Part shown: positions 22,508-30,938 of the stretch, piece after piece
How the letters are laid out: each line of letters begins with the position of its first letter
Position numbering within the stretch: the stretch's first letter is position 1
From: a virus
Taxonomy: Duplodnaviria > Caudoviricetes
Virus record (IMG/VR): IMGVR_UViG_3300045006_000427
Span: 1-53,239 of that record
Strand: one strand, 5' to 3'
Length of the DNA stretch: 53,239 bases
The notes under the pieces: generated by a model
Databases searched by the model: none
Seen by the model: the letters and a program-made list of their open reading frames with translations, nothing else
Told to the model about the DNA's origin: nothing
Program-made: the position numbers and the translations under genes

Positions 22508-23704
22508 ATGTTATACAAATTTAATCAAAATGATCTTTTTTATAATCGAATAGAAGCTCATCCTTATTGTGAATTTTTTATTTACCAAGGACATGTCTAT
22601 TATAACAGTCAGACAGCTATTTCTGGGGCACATACAGCTACCACTACACATGTTCCAACAGGCTATTTATCTCTTTATGAAGAAAATATTGATCGCACGA
22701 CAGATTCTTTGATTTATCCTTTTGTTGTCAAAAATGGCAGTAAATTTGCTTTTAAAACTGTAGACACAGATGACTATAACGATCTTTATGTCTTGGGCGA
22801 TATTATAACAGGCAGCTATCCTTTATCTGCTAGTATATCCATTGAGCATATGCCTCCTGTGGGCTCACTACAGGAAGATGATTGTAGAGATATAGCTGGA
22901 CATCTTGTGGCCTTGCAGAATACCTTAAACTATTATGGTTTTCTATCCCCGCATTATTATTATTCATCTTCATATGGTGATAAATCACAACAGCGATTAG
23001 CTTTTATACATGTTCCTTCTATTTTTTACGGTTCTTCGATAGAAAAAGGTTCTGTTTCTTTAAAATGGTATTTGACTGGCTCTTTGCTTGCTGAACTTAA
23101 CGATAATCGAGAAAACGGGGAGCTTATACAAACAGGTCCATCGGGCAGCCTGGGCTCTGGTAGTATCGCCGGAGTGGTCTTATACAACGAAGGTCTTATT
23201 CTGCTGACAGGCTCTTGGGCTTTGCATAGTAGCTATACTGATAACTTTGGTTATTGTCCTAATGTGCCGGGAGCAGGCAATCCCTATTCCGCTTCTTGGG
23301 TTTGGTGGGGAGCTTCAATATCGCCTTTGGCTGATGTCCCTTCTTCAAGCTTTTTATTGAGTTTCGATGGAACGAATTATATTCCTTCTCTTACTATGTT
23401 GTGTCATGCGCCCAAGCAAGAACTTAATGATAGCAACAATCCTACGTTTGTGGAATGGGTTTCTGCTTCTCAACGACTAGCAGTAACAGGTTCTTCGGAT
23501 TATATTGATCGTAAATTAGCTATTAAAAATACTGTAGCTTCTGTGTATCCTGATCCTGAAGCGGCGTTTAAACGGCAAACATTTATTAGCCGCGTGGCAA
23601 TATATGATGAAAACAAGAAAGTAATAGTGTGGGCAAAATTAGCTGTTCCGATCAAAAAAACAGAGGAACGGGAATTTACAATTAAGGCGGTATTAGATTT
23701 ATGA
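22508..23704 (+). CDS. Putative baseplate/tail structural protein
   Basis: Start moved to ATG 22508 (GGGAG SD). C-terminal 'NDSNNPTF...VAIYDENKKVIVWAKLAVPIKK...KAVLDL' is paralogous to 19404. Confidence 0.55.
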   Translation: MLYKFNQNDLFYNRIEAHPYCEFFIYQGHVYYNSQTAISGAHTATTTHVPTGYLSLYEENIDRTTDSLIYPFVVKNGSKFAFKTVDTDDYNDLYVLGDIITGSYPLSASISIEHMPPVGSLQEDDCRDIAGHLVALQNTLNYYGFLSPHYYYSSSYGDKSQQRLAFIHVPSIFYGSSIEKGSVSLKWYLTGSLLAELNDNRENGELIQTGPSGSLGSGSIAGVVLYNEGLILLTGSWALHSSYTDNFGYCPNVPGAGNPYSASWVWWGASISPLADVPSSSFLLSFDGTNYIPSLTMLCHAPKQELNDSNNPTFVEWVSASQRLAVTGSSDYIDRKLAIKNTVASVYPDPEAAFKRQTFISRVAIYDENKKVIVWAKLAVPIKKTEEREFTIKAVLDL

Positions 23705-24234
23705 TTTGGGGACTGGATGTTAGTACGACTCACCTAGGTATCGGAATTGTAACTAAAGATAAAAGGTTAGTATATTCCGATGCGATTTTTTTAGATTCTA
23801 AATTATCGCTTGAAGAACGTGCCATGACTATCATGGGACACTTAGCTGTGTTGTTTGATCGTTATCCGCCTAGTCAAATAATAATAGAAGAATCAGCCAT
23901 GATGTTTCGTAAAGGCAAGTCTACTGCGGAAACTATAGCAAAGCTCAATAAATTTAATGGCATGGTAAGTCTAATAGTTTTTTATCTCACCAAGCTCCTT
24001 CCGGAAATGATTGCTGCCAGGTCTGCCAGGAGTAAAATAGGCATTCATCCTCCCAAGTTTTCTAAAGATAGCAAAGGACAGCGAGAGCTTAAACAATTTA
24101 TTATCGATGAAATAGTGAAGCGCGTTCCGGAGTTTTCTTACACTCAGACCAAACAGGGTAATTTTCAGCCGGGTACCGCAGATCGTGCCGATGCTTTGGT
24201 GCTAGCTTTGGGAGCAGAAACTTCGTTAATTTGA
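23701..24234 (+). CDS. RuvC-like Holliday junction resolvase
   Basis: RNase H-fold acidic motifs 'IWGLDVSTTHLG', 'IIIEE', 'DRADALVLA'. Confidence 0.8.
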   Translation: MIWGLDVSTTHLGIGIVTKDKRLVYSDAIFLDSKLSLEERAMTIMGHLAVLFDRYPPSQIIIEESAMMFRKGKSTAETIAKLNKFNGMVSLIVFYLTKLLPEMIAARSARSKIGIHPPKFSKDSKGQRELKQFIIDEIVKRVPEFSYTQTKQGNFQPGTADRADALVLALGAETSLI

Positions 24235-24294
24235 GTCTTCCTCTGTGCTAGGGTAAATATAGGATGCTGGCACAAGGAGCATATCATAGATAAT

Positions 24295-25233
24295 TTGTCT
24301 GAACGTCTGATGATTCTAGAGAGTCTTTTTGGTTCTTCGTGCCAGCAGGGCAAGGAATATCTCTTTTTTTGTCCAGCTTGCAAGCATCATAAGCCGAAGC
24401 TTTCTGTAAATCTCATTAAAGATCATTATAAGTGTTGGACTTGTGATATTCGCGGTAAGTCTGTTCGTAGATTAATCTATCGCTATGGTGATATGATTAA
24501 CAGGCAGAGATGGGATCAGCTTGTTGGCAAGCAGGTTCTTGATATTTCTGAAGAGCTTTTTGCTTCAGGGAATAGAGAAGAAACACCTGAACAGTCTTTA
24601 CGATTTCCTTCTGAATACGTTTCTTTGATTCAGCCAGCCAAATCATTTGTTGCTAGATCGGCAAAGAACTATCTTTTTCATCGGGGCGTTTTTATGACGG
24701 AAATTGTTCGCAGGAAAATAGGATACTGTGCAGAGGGAGAATATTCTGGAAGAATAATCATTCCATCTTTTGACAAACATGGTAAGCTGAATTATTTCGT
24801 AGCTAGAGATTATACAAATTCGTGTCAACAAAAATATAAGAATCCAACTTTGGCTAAAGAACCCATTATATTTAATGAGCTTGGTATTTCTTGGACCGAG
24901 GATGTAATATTGGTGGAGGGTGCTTTTGATGCTATTAAGGCGGGCAATGCCATTCCTATTTTAGGGTCTTCGCTAAATGATGCTTCATATTTGTTTTCTC
25001 AGATCGTGCTGCATGATACACCGATTTATATTGCCCTTGATCCTGATGCTAATGCCAAAGCTATGAAGATTATCAAAAAGCTCATGGAACATGACGTGGA
25101 GCTTTTCAAAATAGATATACGTGATTATCGAGACGTGGGAGCCATGAATCATGAAGAGTTTCAAAAAAGGAAACAGGAAGCTGTTCGCATGACCAGTGAT
25201 AGCTATCTTTATAGGATGTTGCAGGAAGCTTAA
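24295..25233 (+). CDS. DNA primase (Zn finger + TOPRIM)
   Basis: 'CPACKHHKPKL...YKCWTC' Zn-binding domain; 'GRIIIP', 'KYKNP', 'LVEGAFDAI', 'IALDPDA' TOPRIM motifs. Confidence 0.85.
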   Translation: MSERLMILESLFGSSCQQGKEYLFFCPACKHHKPKLSVNLIKDHYKCWTCDIRGKSVRRLIYRYGDMINRQRWDQLVGKQVLDISEELFASGNREETPEQSLRFPSEYVSLIQPAKSFVARSAKNYLFHRGVFMTEIVRRKIGYCAEGEYSGRIIIPSFDKHGKLNYFVARDYTNSCQQKYKNPTLAKEPIIFNELGISWTEDVILVEGAFDAIKAGNAIPILGSSLNDASYLFSQIVLHDTPIYIALDPDANAKAMKIIKKLMEHDVELFKIDIRDYRDVGAMNHEEFQKRKQEAVRMTSDSYLYRMLQEA

Positions 25234-28200
25234 TGAGATTTGTTCATGTTTCTGATATACACTGTCGTATATTAAAATATCATAAAGAATATCGTACTGT
25301 TTTTCAGCAGCTATATGAACAATTAAAATGTCTAGAGCCGGATATTATTGTGGTTACTGGAGATATAGGTCATTCTAAGCTTCAGCTTTCTCCTGAGAGC
25401 GTGCAGCTTGTGAGTGAATTTTTGACGAATCTGGCATCTTGTACAGAAACGCACATAATTCTTGGTAATCATGATCTTTCTGTACGAAGTGTGGAGCGCC
25501 TAGATGCAATAACGCCCATTGTAGAGCGACTAACCAATCCCAAGCCGTTATTGCACAAATTCTCTGGAGAAGTGCTTTTAAACGAGAATTTTGCTTTTAA
25601 TGTTTATTCTATTTTAGATGTTGACAAATGGCAGCAACCAACAGATCCGAAGAGGGTCAATATTGCTCTCTATCATGGCGGCGTGAAGGGCTGTAAGACT
25701 GATCTTGGCTGGACTTTAGAAAGAGGCGCAGAACTAGCTGCTTTTGTTGGTTGTGATTATGGATTTTTGGGAGATTTACATACCTGTAATCAATTTGCCG
25801 ATGAACAAGGAAGGTTTCGCTATGCCGGATCCATGATTCAACAATCATTTGCCGAAGATGTTACTAAAGGCTTTCTTGTTTGGGATATCTTAGATAAAGA
25901 GAGATTTGGTGTTCGTTTTGTTGCTCTAGAAAATCCTAGACCTTTTGTTACTGTTATGTTAGCTTCCTCTGGAGCCTTGCCGGAGAGTCTTTCTGTACCA
26001 GAAGATTGTCATTTGCGACTTATTAGTGAACATCATGTAGCTACCAACGTTCTTAGAGAAACGATTAATATTGCTCGTGCAAAATGGAAACCAGAGAGTG
26101 TTATCTTTTTAAATCGTGCTGCCGGTATCAGAAGCGAACTGCAATTACAAGACGATAGTTTAAATTTACGTGATGTTGCTATACAGGAACGACTAATTCG
26201 TGAATATTTGGTTGAATCTTGCCCTCCCGAAGCAGTCTTGGAAGCGACATTGGAGCTTAATAGAAAGTACAACGCTACAGTTCTAGTTTCGGAAGACGAG
26301 ATTCAACGCGGAGTACACTGGAAGCTTAAACGCCTGGAGTGGGGCTATTTGTTCAATTACGGTGAATATAATTGCATTGATTTTACTAATTTACATGATA
26401 TTGTTGGTATTTTAGGTGCCAACCGTTCAGGAAAGACTTCCGCAGGTGTTGATTGTCTTTTATATACGCTGTTTAATGCTACTTCCAAGGGCAATCGTAA
26501 AAATCTACATGTCATTAATCAACATGCTGATCAAGGCTGGGGCAGGGTTATTATTGAAGCTGACGGTAAGGAATATACAATTTATCGTGTTAGTACGAAA
26601 TATACTAAAAAGCTTTATGGCGTGGAAACCTTAGAGGCAAAAACGGATGTAGATTTTTTCTATATTGATGCTGTAACTGGCGAGAAGTTTTCTCTTAACG
26701 GACAGGAGCGCAACGAAACAGATAAGAATATTCGTAAGTATTTTGGAACTGTTGAAGATTTTCTGTTAACCAATCTGTCTGCTCAGCATGGAGCGCTTAT
26801 TTATTTGTTGGAGGGATCTACACGACGTAAAGAAATCTTGGCAAAGTTCCTAGATTTGGAGCTTTTTGACAAGAAGTTTAAATTAGCGAAGGAAGATGCG
26901 GCAGAAATCAAGGGGGTGCTTAAAAAACTCGAAGGTACAGATTATGCAGCTTTACTGCGAGACGTTGTTAGGCGTCTAGCTTATAATGAACAGCAGATTG
27001 CGTTGCAAAAGCAAACATGTTCTACGATTCAAAATACTTTAGAACAGACGGCAGAACAACTTGATTCTCTTCAAAAATCTTTGCTTCAGATTCCTGCGGA
27101 AATTGTTGATATCAAAAAAGCACAAGAGCAGCTTACGGCTGCTTGTGAGCAGCGCAGTAGAGAACGGGAGCAACAAGAGCTTTTGCAAATACAACAACAT
27201 GCTCTAGAAGAGTACGTCATCAAGAGCGAACATTTTCTTGCCATGTTGGATCTAAGCAAACTACAAACAGATAATAAATCCGTTAATGAACTAGAGCAAC
27301 AATTGCAAGTTGCGGAACATAATCTGGTGCTTCAGGAGACGGCTATTGTTACTGCGGAGCAAAAGGCATCTTTGTTACGCTCTGTTCCCTGTGGACCTAA
27401 GCTGTGGCATTGTAAATTTGTTTGTGATGCTAGACAAGCAAAAACATTTTTGCAGACACAGAAACAAGAGCAACAAAGGGCGCAAGAAAAGCGAGATTTG
27501 ATATGTCAGCAATTAAATGCTCTAGAACCTATAAAGATTAAAAGTTACTTAGATAAATATGAGACCATTATTCAGAAAAAACAATCTACTGATACTAAGC
27601 TTTCTGTTTTAAAATTGGACATTCAGAAACTAGAGACTAGCAAAGCTAAACTAGATGCTGCTATAGCAGATTTAGAACGACAGGTGGCAGAATATGCAGC
27701 TAAGCGTAACATTATTGAAGGTCTAGATGAATTGTTACAGAAGCAGCGGATTTATAAGGAACAACAAGTTGCTCAAAAAGAGGAAGCAGAGCTAGCAAAT
27801 CAAAGGTTATTAGAGATAATCAAAGCTCATGGGGCTTTGGAACAGGAACATCATGCGGCAGAAATAGCCAGAAGCGAATATCTTGCTTTGAGCGATAAGT
27901 ATGCTGCTTATGATTTATTGCAACGTTGTATGCACTCTAATGGCATTAGTTATGATATTATACGTCAAAAGCTGCCCGTTGTTAATCAAGAAATAGCTCA
28001 AGTATTAGCTGGTGTAGTTAACTTTGAAGTGTTTTTTGAGGACGATGGAAACAAGCTGGATATTTTTATTCGGCATCCCAAGCACGAGGCCAGACCTATT
28101 GAAATGGGTAGTGGAAGCGAGAAAGCCATAGCTGCCATGGCAATTAGACTAGGGTTGACAAAAATTAGTACTCTTCCTTCTTATGATCTTTTTATCTTAG

Positions 28201-28379
28201 ATGAACCTGCGACAGAACTAGATGCCGAGACCATGGAAGGATTTACTAGAATGTTAGAGATGATTCGCAGCAGATTTAAACTTGTGTTTTTGATCAGTCA
28301 TATCGATTCTCTTAAGGATGTTGTAGATGATACAATAGACATTATGAAAAAGAAAGGATATGCGCACGTTTCTGTGTAG
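25233..28379 (+). CDS. Fused SbcD-SbcC (Mre11-Rad50; T4 gp47-gp46-like) nuclease/ATPase
   Basis: Metallophosphoesterase motifs DIH, GD, GNHD, H, GDLH; then Walker A GANRSGKT, long coiled coil with CGPKLWHC, signature GSGSE, Walker B LFILDEP and H-loop LISH. Confidence 0.9.
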   Translation: MRFVHVSDIHCRILKYHKEYRTVFQQLYEQLKCLEPDIIVVTGDIGHSKLQLSPESVQLVSEFLTNLASCTETHIILGNHDLSVRSVERLDAITPIVERLTNPKPLLHKFSGEVLLNENFAFNVYSILDVDKWQQPTDPKRVNIALYHGGVKGCKTDLGWTLERGAELAAFVGCDYGFLGDLHTCNQFADEQGRFRYAGSMIQQSFAEDVTKGFLVWDILDKERFGVRFVALENPRPFVTVMLASSGALPESLSVPEDCHLRLISEHHVATNVLRETINIARAKWKPESVIFLNRAAGIRSELQLQDDSLNLRDVAIQERLIREYLVESCPPEAVLEATLELNRKYNATVLVSEDEIQRGVHWKLKRLEWGYLFNYGEYNCIDFTNLHDIVGILGANRSGKTSAGVDCLLYTLFNATSKGNRKNLHVINQHADQGWGRVIIEADGKEYTIYRVSTKYTKKLYGVETLEAKTDVDFFYIDAVTGEKFSLNGQERNETDKNIRKYFGTVEDFLLTNLSAQHGALIYLLEGSTRRKEILAKFLDLELFDKKFKLAKEDAAEIKGVLKKLEGTDYAALLRDVVRRLAYNEQQIALQKQTCSTIQNTLEQTAEQLDSLQKSLLQIPAEIVDIKKAQEQLTAACEQRSREREQQELLQIQQHALEEYVIKSEHFLAMLDLSKLQTDNKSVNELEQQLQVAEHNLVLQETAIVTAEQKASLLRSVPCGPKLWHCKFVCDARQAKTFLQTQKQEQQRAQEKRDLICQQLNALEPIKIKSYLDKYETIIQKKQSTDTKLSVLKLDIQKLETSKAKLDAAIADLERQVAEYAAKRNIIEGLDELLQKQRIYKEQQVAQKEEAELANQRLLEIIKAHGALEQEHHAAEIARSEYLALSDKYAAYDLLQRCMHSNGISYDIIRQKLPVVNQEIAQVLAGVVNFEVFFEDDGNKLDIFIRHPKHEARPIEMGSGSEKAIAAMAIRLGLTKISTLPSYDLFILDEPATELDAETMEGFTRMLEMIRSRFKLVFLISHIDSLKDVVDDTIDIMKKKGYAHVSV

Positions 28380-28425
28380 TTTTCTCTTTTAGTAATCTAT
28401 TTAGATGACAGAGGAGAGAAGAAGC

Positions 28426-28668
28426 ATGGAAACCGAAAACACATCATCTTCCAGTGCTGGTACCAAAGAGGCCCCCGATCAGCCAGGTATCTTAGATAAA
28501 ATTCAGCAAAATTTAGTAAGTCGTAAGTTGCTTGTGTTTGTAGTGGGTACAGTAGCCTTCTTTCAGAAAACGCTTTCTGGGGACGAATGGCTTACTTTGG
28601 CCCTTGTCTACGTGGGCTCTCTTGCTCTTGTTGATTTGGCGGTAGCCTGGAAAAAAGCAGGGAGATAA
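28426..28668 (+). CDS. Putative holin-like small membrane protein
   Basis: Two hydrophobic segments after 'SRKLLV' and a basic C-terminus; GAGGAG SD favours ATG 28426 (28405 is an alternative start). Confidence 0.5.
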   Translation: METENTSSSSAGTKEAPDQPGILDKIQQNLVSRKLLVFVVGTVAFFQKTLSGDEWLTLALVYVGSLALVDLAVAWKKAGR

Positions 28669-28670
28669 TT

Positions 28671-29099
28671 ATGTCTTGGATACTTTTTAAATCTCAAATA
28701 GCCAAAGTTTGGGTTTGGTGTAAAGCATATTGGTATATTCCGATAATGTTGATTTATGCCGCTGTTCTCTATTATGTGTATCACAGGAAGATCACCAATT
28801 TGTCTCAAATATTGACGACTAGCAAAGATAGCTATTCTGCTCAGATAGCTGCTATTAATAAATCCTTAGAAGAGGAAAAAAGCAAGAGGCAAAAGATTGA
28901 AGAAGAATATCTGAAGGTTATTGATCAGCTTACCAAAAAATATTCAGAAGATAAATTGGAACTCATTAAAGAAGAACACGAGAAAATAAAAGAATATGTT
29001 TCTGATTATTATGAGAATCCTGAGAGATTGAAACAGATATTAAAAGAGCGTTATGGATTGAAGTATGTTTCTGCGGTTGCGGGAGAACCAACATCATGA
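28671..29099 (+). CDS. Putative i-spanin-like protein (N-terminal TM + coiled coil)
   Basis: Hydrophobic 'WYIPIMLIYAAVLYYVY' followed by a charged coiled coil; directly after the holin-like gene. Confidence 0.45.
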   Translation: MSWILFKSQIAKVWVWCKAYWYIPIMLIYAAVLYYVYHRKITNLSQILTTSKDSYSAQIAAINKSLEEEKSKRQKIEEEYLKVIDQLTKKYSEDKLELIKEEHEKIKEYVSDYYENPERLKQILKERYGLKYVSAVAGEPTS

Positions 29100-29584
29100 G
29101 TGTATTTGCCAAGCTTATTGTAATGATCTTTGTCATATTGCATCCAGTTCTTGTTTTTGCGGAATTGAATATTGAAATTCCCGATTTCTCAGAAGTTGGA
29201 TTGGTAACAACCCTAGAAGAAGGAAAATTTACGCTCCTTGACAAAGACGTGCGTGCTCCTTTTGAGGGTGTGCTTCTTTCGCCGACAGCGATGGCAGCAA
29301 TGTTGTCACAGAATGAGTTTGCAGTAAAACATCTGGCTCTGGATTATCAATATAAACTAGCTCTTCTGGAGGCGAAGTACAAATCCGAATCGCAGCAGCT
29401 ACAGGTAAGTTTATCTTCTCAAAAGGCGCTTTGCGAAGAGCGCCTGGGCATTCAACAAAAAGAGATTGATCGTTTACAGACTATTGCAATCGATGCGCCT
29501 TCTAGTGGTGGTTGGTTTTGGTGGGGACTAGGAGGTTTTGCAACGGGAATAACGACTGCTGCCGTTTTGGTGCTTTTGCTATGA
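29096..29584 (+). CDS. Exported coiled-coil protein with C-terminal membrane anchor (possible spanin partner)
   Basis: Signal-peptide-like N-terminus (..VFA|E), coiled coil, C-terminal 'WFWWGLGGFATGITTAAVLVLLL'; no lipobox Cys. Confidence 0.4.
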   Translation: MSVFAKLIVMIFVILHPVLVFAELNIEIPDFSEVGLVTTLEEGKFTLLDKDVRAPFEGVLLSPTAMAAMLSQNEFAVKHLALDYQYKLALLEAKYKSESQQLQVSLSSQKALCEERLGIQQKEIDRLQTIAIDAPSSGGWFWWGLGGFATGITTAAVLVLLL

Positions 29585-29940
29585 ACGTATTAGAAACAGA
29601 TTGGACAATGATTGCAGCACTTGAAAGTGCCATAAAGCGTAGATATGGTGATAAAGCAATTCAAAATCCAATTAGAGGCTGGTCGGAAGAAAAAGAACAA
29701 ACTTTTAAACAACAGCTAGCTAATCGAGTACAAAAAGACAGAGAATATCTGAAGAGTCAAAATCGAGAACAGACTGCAATAGGAGAGGGCGTTTTAATAG
29801 CAAATAAACTACTTACAAGAGAGAGCAATCAGCCGTGTGATGTGTGTGGCAGATATGTGCTGGATGCTCGTGATGTTTTATATTATTATAAGCACAATAT
29901 GTGTTTTCGATGTTATGTAAAACACAAAGCAGATAGATAA
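29581..29940 (+). CDS. Hypothetical protein with C-terminal Zn finger
   Basis: ATG 29581 overlaps the upstream stop (ATGA); CDVC...CFRC. Confidence 0.55.
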   Translation: MNVLETDWTMIAALESAIKRRYGDKAIQNPIRGWSEEKEQTFKQQLANRVQKDREYLKSQNREQTAIGEGVLIANKLLTRESNQPCDVCGRYVLDARDVLYYYKHNMCFRCYVKHKADR

Positions 29941-29953
29941 CGGAGATAGAGTC

Positions 29954-30226
29954 ATGAAGCTTAAAATGACCAAGGGTGAGATAAGAAGAATCGTCGCAGA
30001 AGAGGTCCACGAACATTATATACGTAAGACTCAGGATAGACTTGACGAGGCTGCACAAGGACACCGATGGGATATCCGCATCCGTCCCAGTTCAGAGGGC
30101 TTAAGCGTAGGGCTTATGAAAGATGGACAGTTTATTGACGTTCGTGTGGCAAAAGATGCAACAGAAGTCTCTGCAACCGTTTCTGAAATGCTTAAAACAA
30201 TGCAAAAGGAGATGACCGCTCTTTAG
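29954..30226 (+). CDS. Small protein with N-terminal 'IRRIVAEEV...LDE' motif (putative head cargo)
   Basis: 90 aa; GGAG SD; motif shared with other small genes in the head module. Confidence 0.5.
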   Translation: MKLKMTKGEIRRIVAEEVHEHYIRKTQDRLDEAAQGHRWDIRIRPSSEGLSVGLMKDGQFIDVRVAKDATEVSATVSEMLKTMQKEMTAL

Positions 30227-30237
30227 GAGAAGATGTA

Positions 30238-30900
30238 ATGGCTGACGTTTTATCAATTATACAAGGAATTTCACAAGCACTAGCTAATAAGCATGACGGG
30301 GCAATAGATAAAGAAGGTAAGCGTGTAAACATTGGATTGGCTAGAGATGAAGAAGTGCCCATTACGGATACGCGCATCATTGACGGATTTAATTGTAAGA
30401 TTACAGGAAAGCAGCTAATTGTAACATATAATAGCGAACTTCTGCTTCGGGATTTGCACAGAAAAGATTTTGAGACAGATATTAAAGGGTATTTACGCAA
30501 GGCTGTCAGCTTTATTAAAAGTGAATATAAAGATGTTACCGGGGAAACTCTTACGCTGACCGATGCTGGCGAACCAGATATTTTTGTTGAACCGATATCG
30601 CGGCTACGTTCACTTGTACGAGCTACACAAACTTTTACTATTGGTGGTCTAAATACTGTAGAGAATGTTGGTGAAGAGTCTAAAGATAGATTAGATAAGG
30701 CATTTAGAACTTTTTTGATGCTGGGCAAAGATAAGGCTACAGAAAATAAGCCAGACAATGTACAGCGTGCCAAAAACGCCAATGAAAAACCGAAAAAGGA
30801 CAAAGTTCTAAAAGAAGATGTTTTCTCTAGCATAGATGCTGAACTGGGTCTTGTGGAAATTCAACACCCTTCAAAAAGTCAAAAAAAAAAGATAAAGTAA
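30238..30900 (+). CDS. Hypothetical phage protein upstream of terminase
   Basis: 220 aa; AGGAG SD; no family recognised. Confidence 0.5.
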   Translation: MADVLSIIQGISQALANKHDGAIDKEGKRVNIGLARDEEVPITDTRIIDGFNCKITGKQLIVTYNSELLLRDLHRKDFETDIKGYLRKAVSFIKSEYKDVTGETLTLTDAGEPDIFVEPISRLRSLVRATQTFTIGGLNTVENVGEESKDRLDKAFRTFLMLGKDKATENKPDNVQRAKNANEKPKKDKVLKEDVFSSIDAELGLVEIQHPSKSQKKKIK

Positions 30901-30938
30901 GCTCTCTTTATTCCTCAAACAGCGTGACGGTGATGTAG

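Noticed and set aside
30192-30833. 213-aa minus-strand ORF and other minus-strand ORFs
   Set aside because: They fully overlap well-supported plus-strand genes in a uniformly plus-strand operon and show no recognisable motifs.
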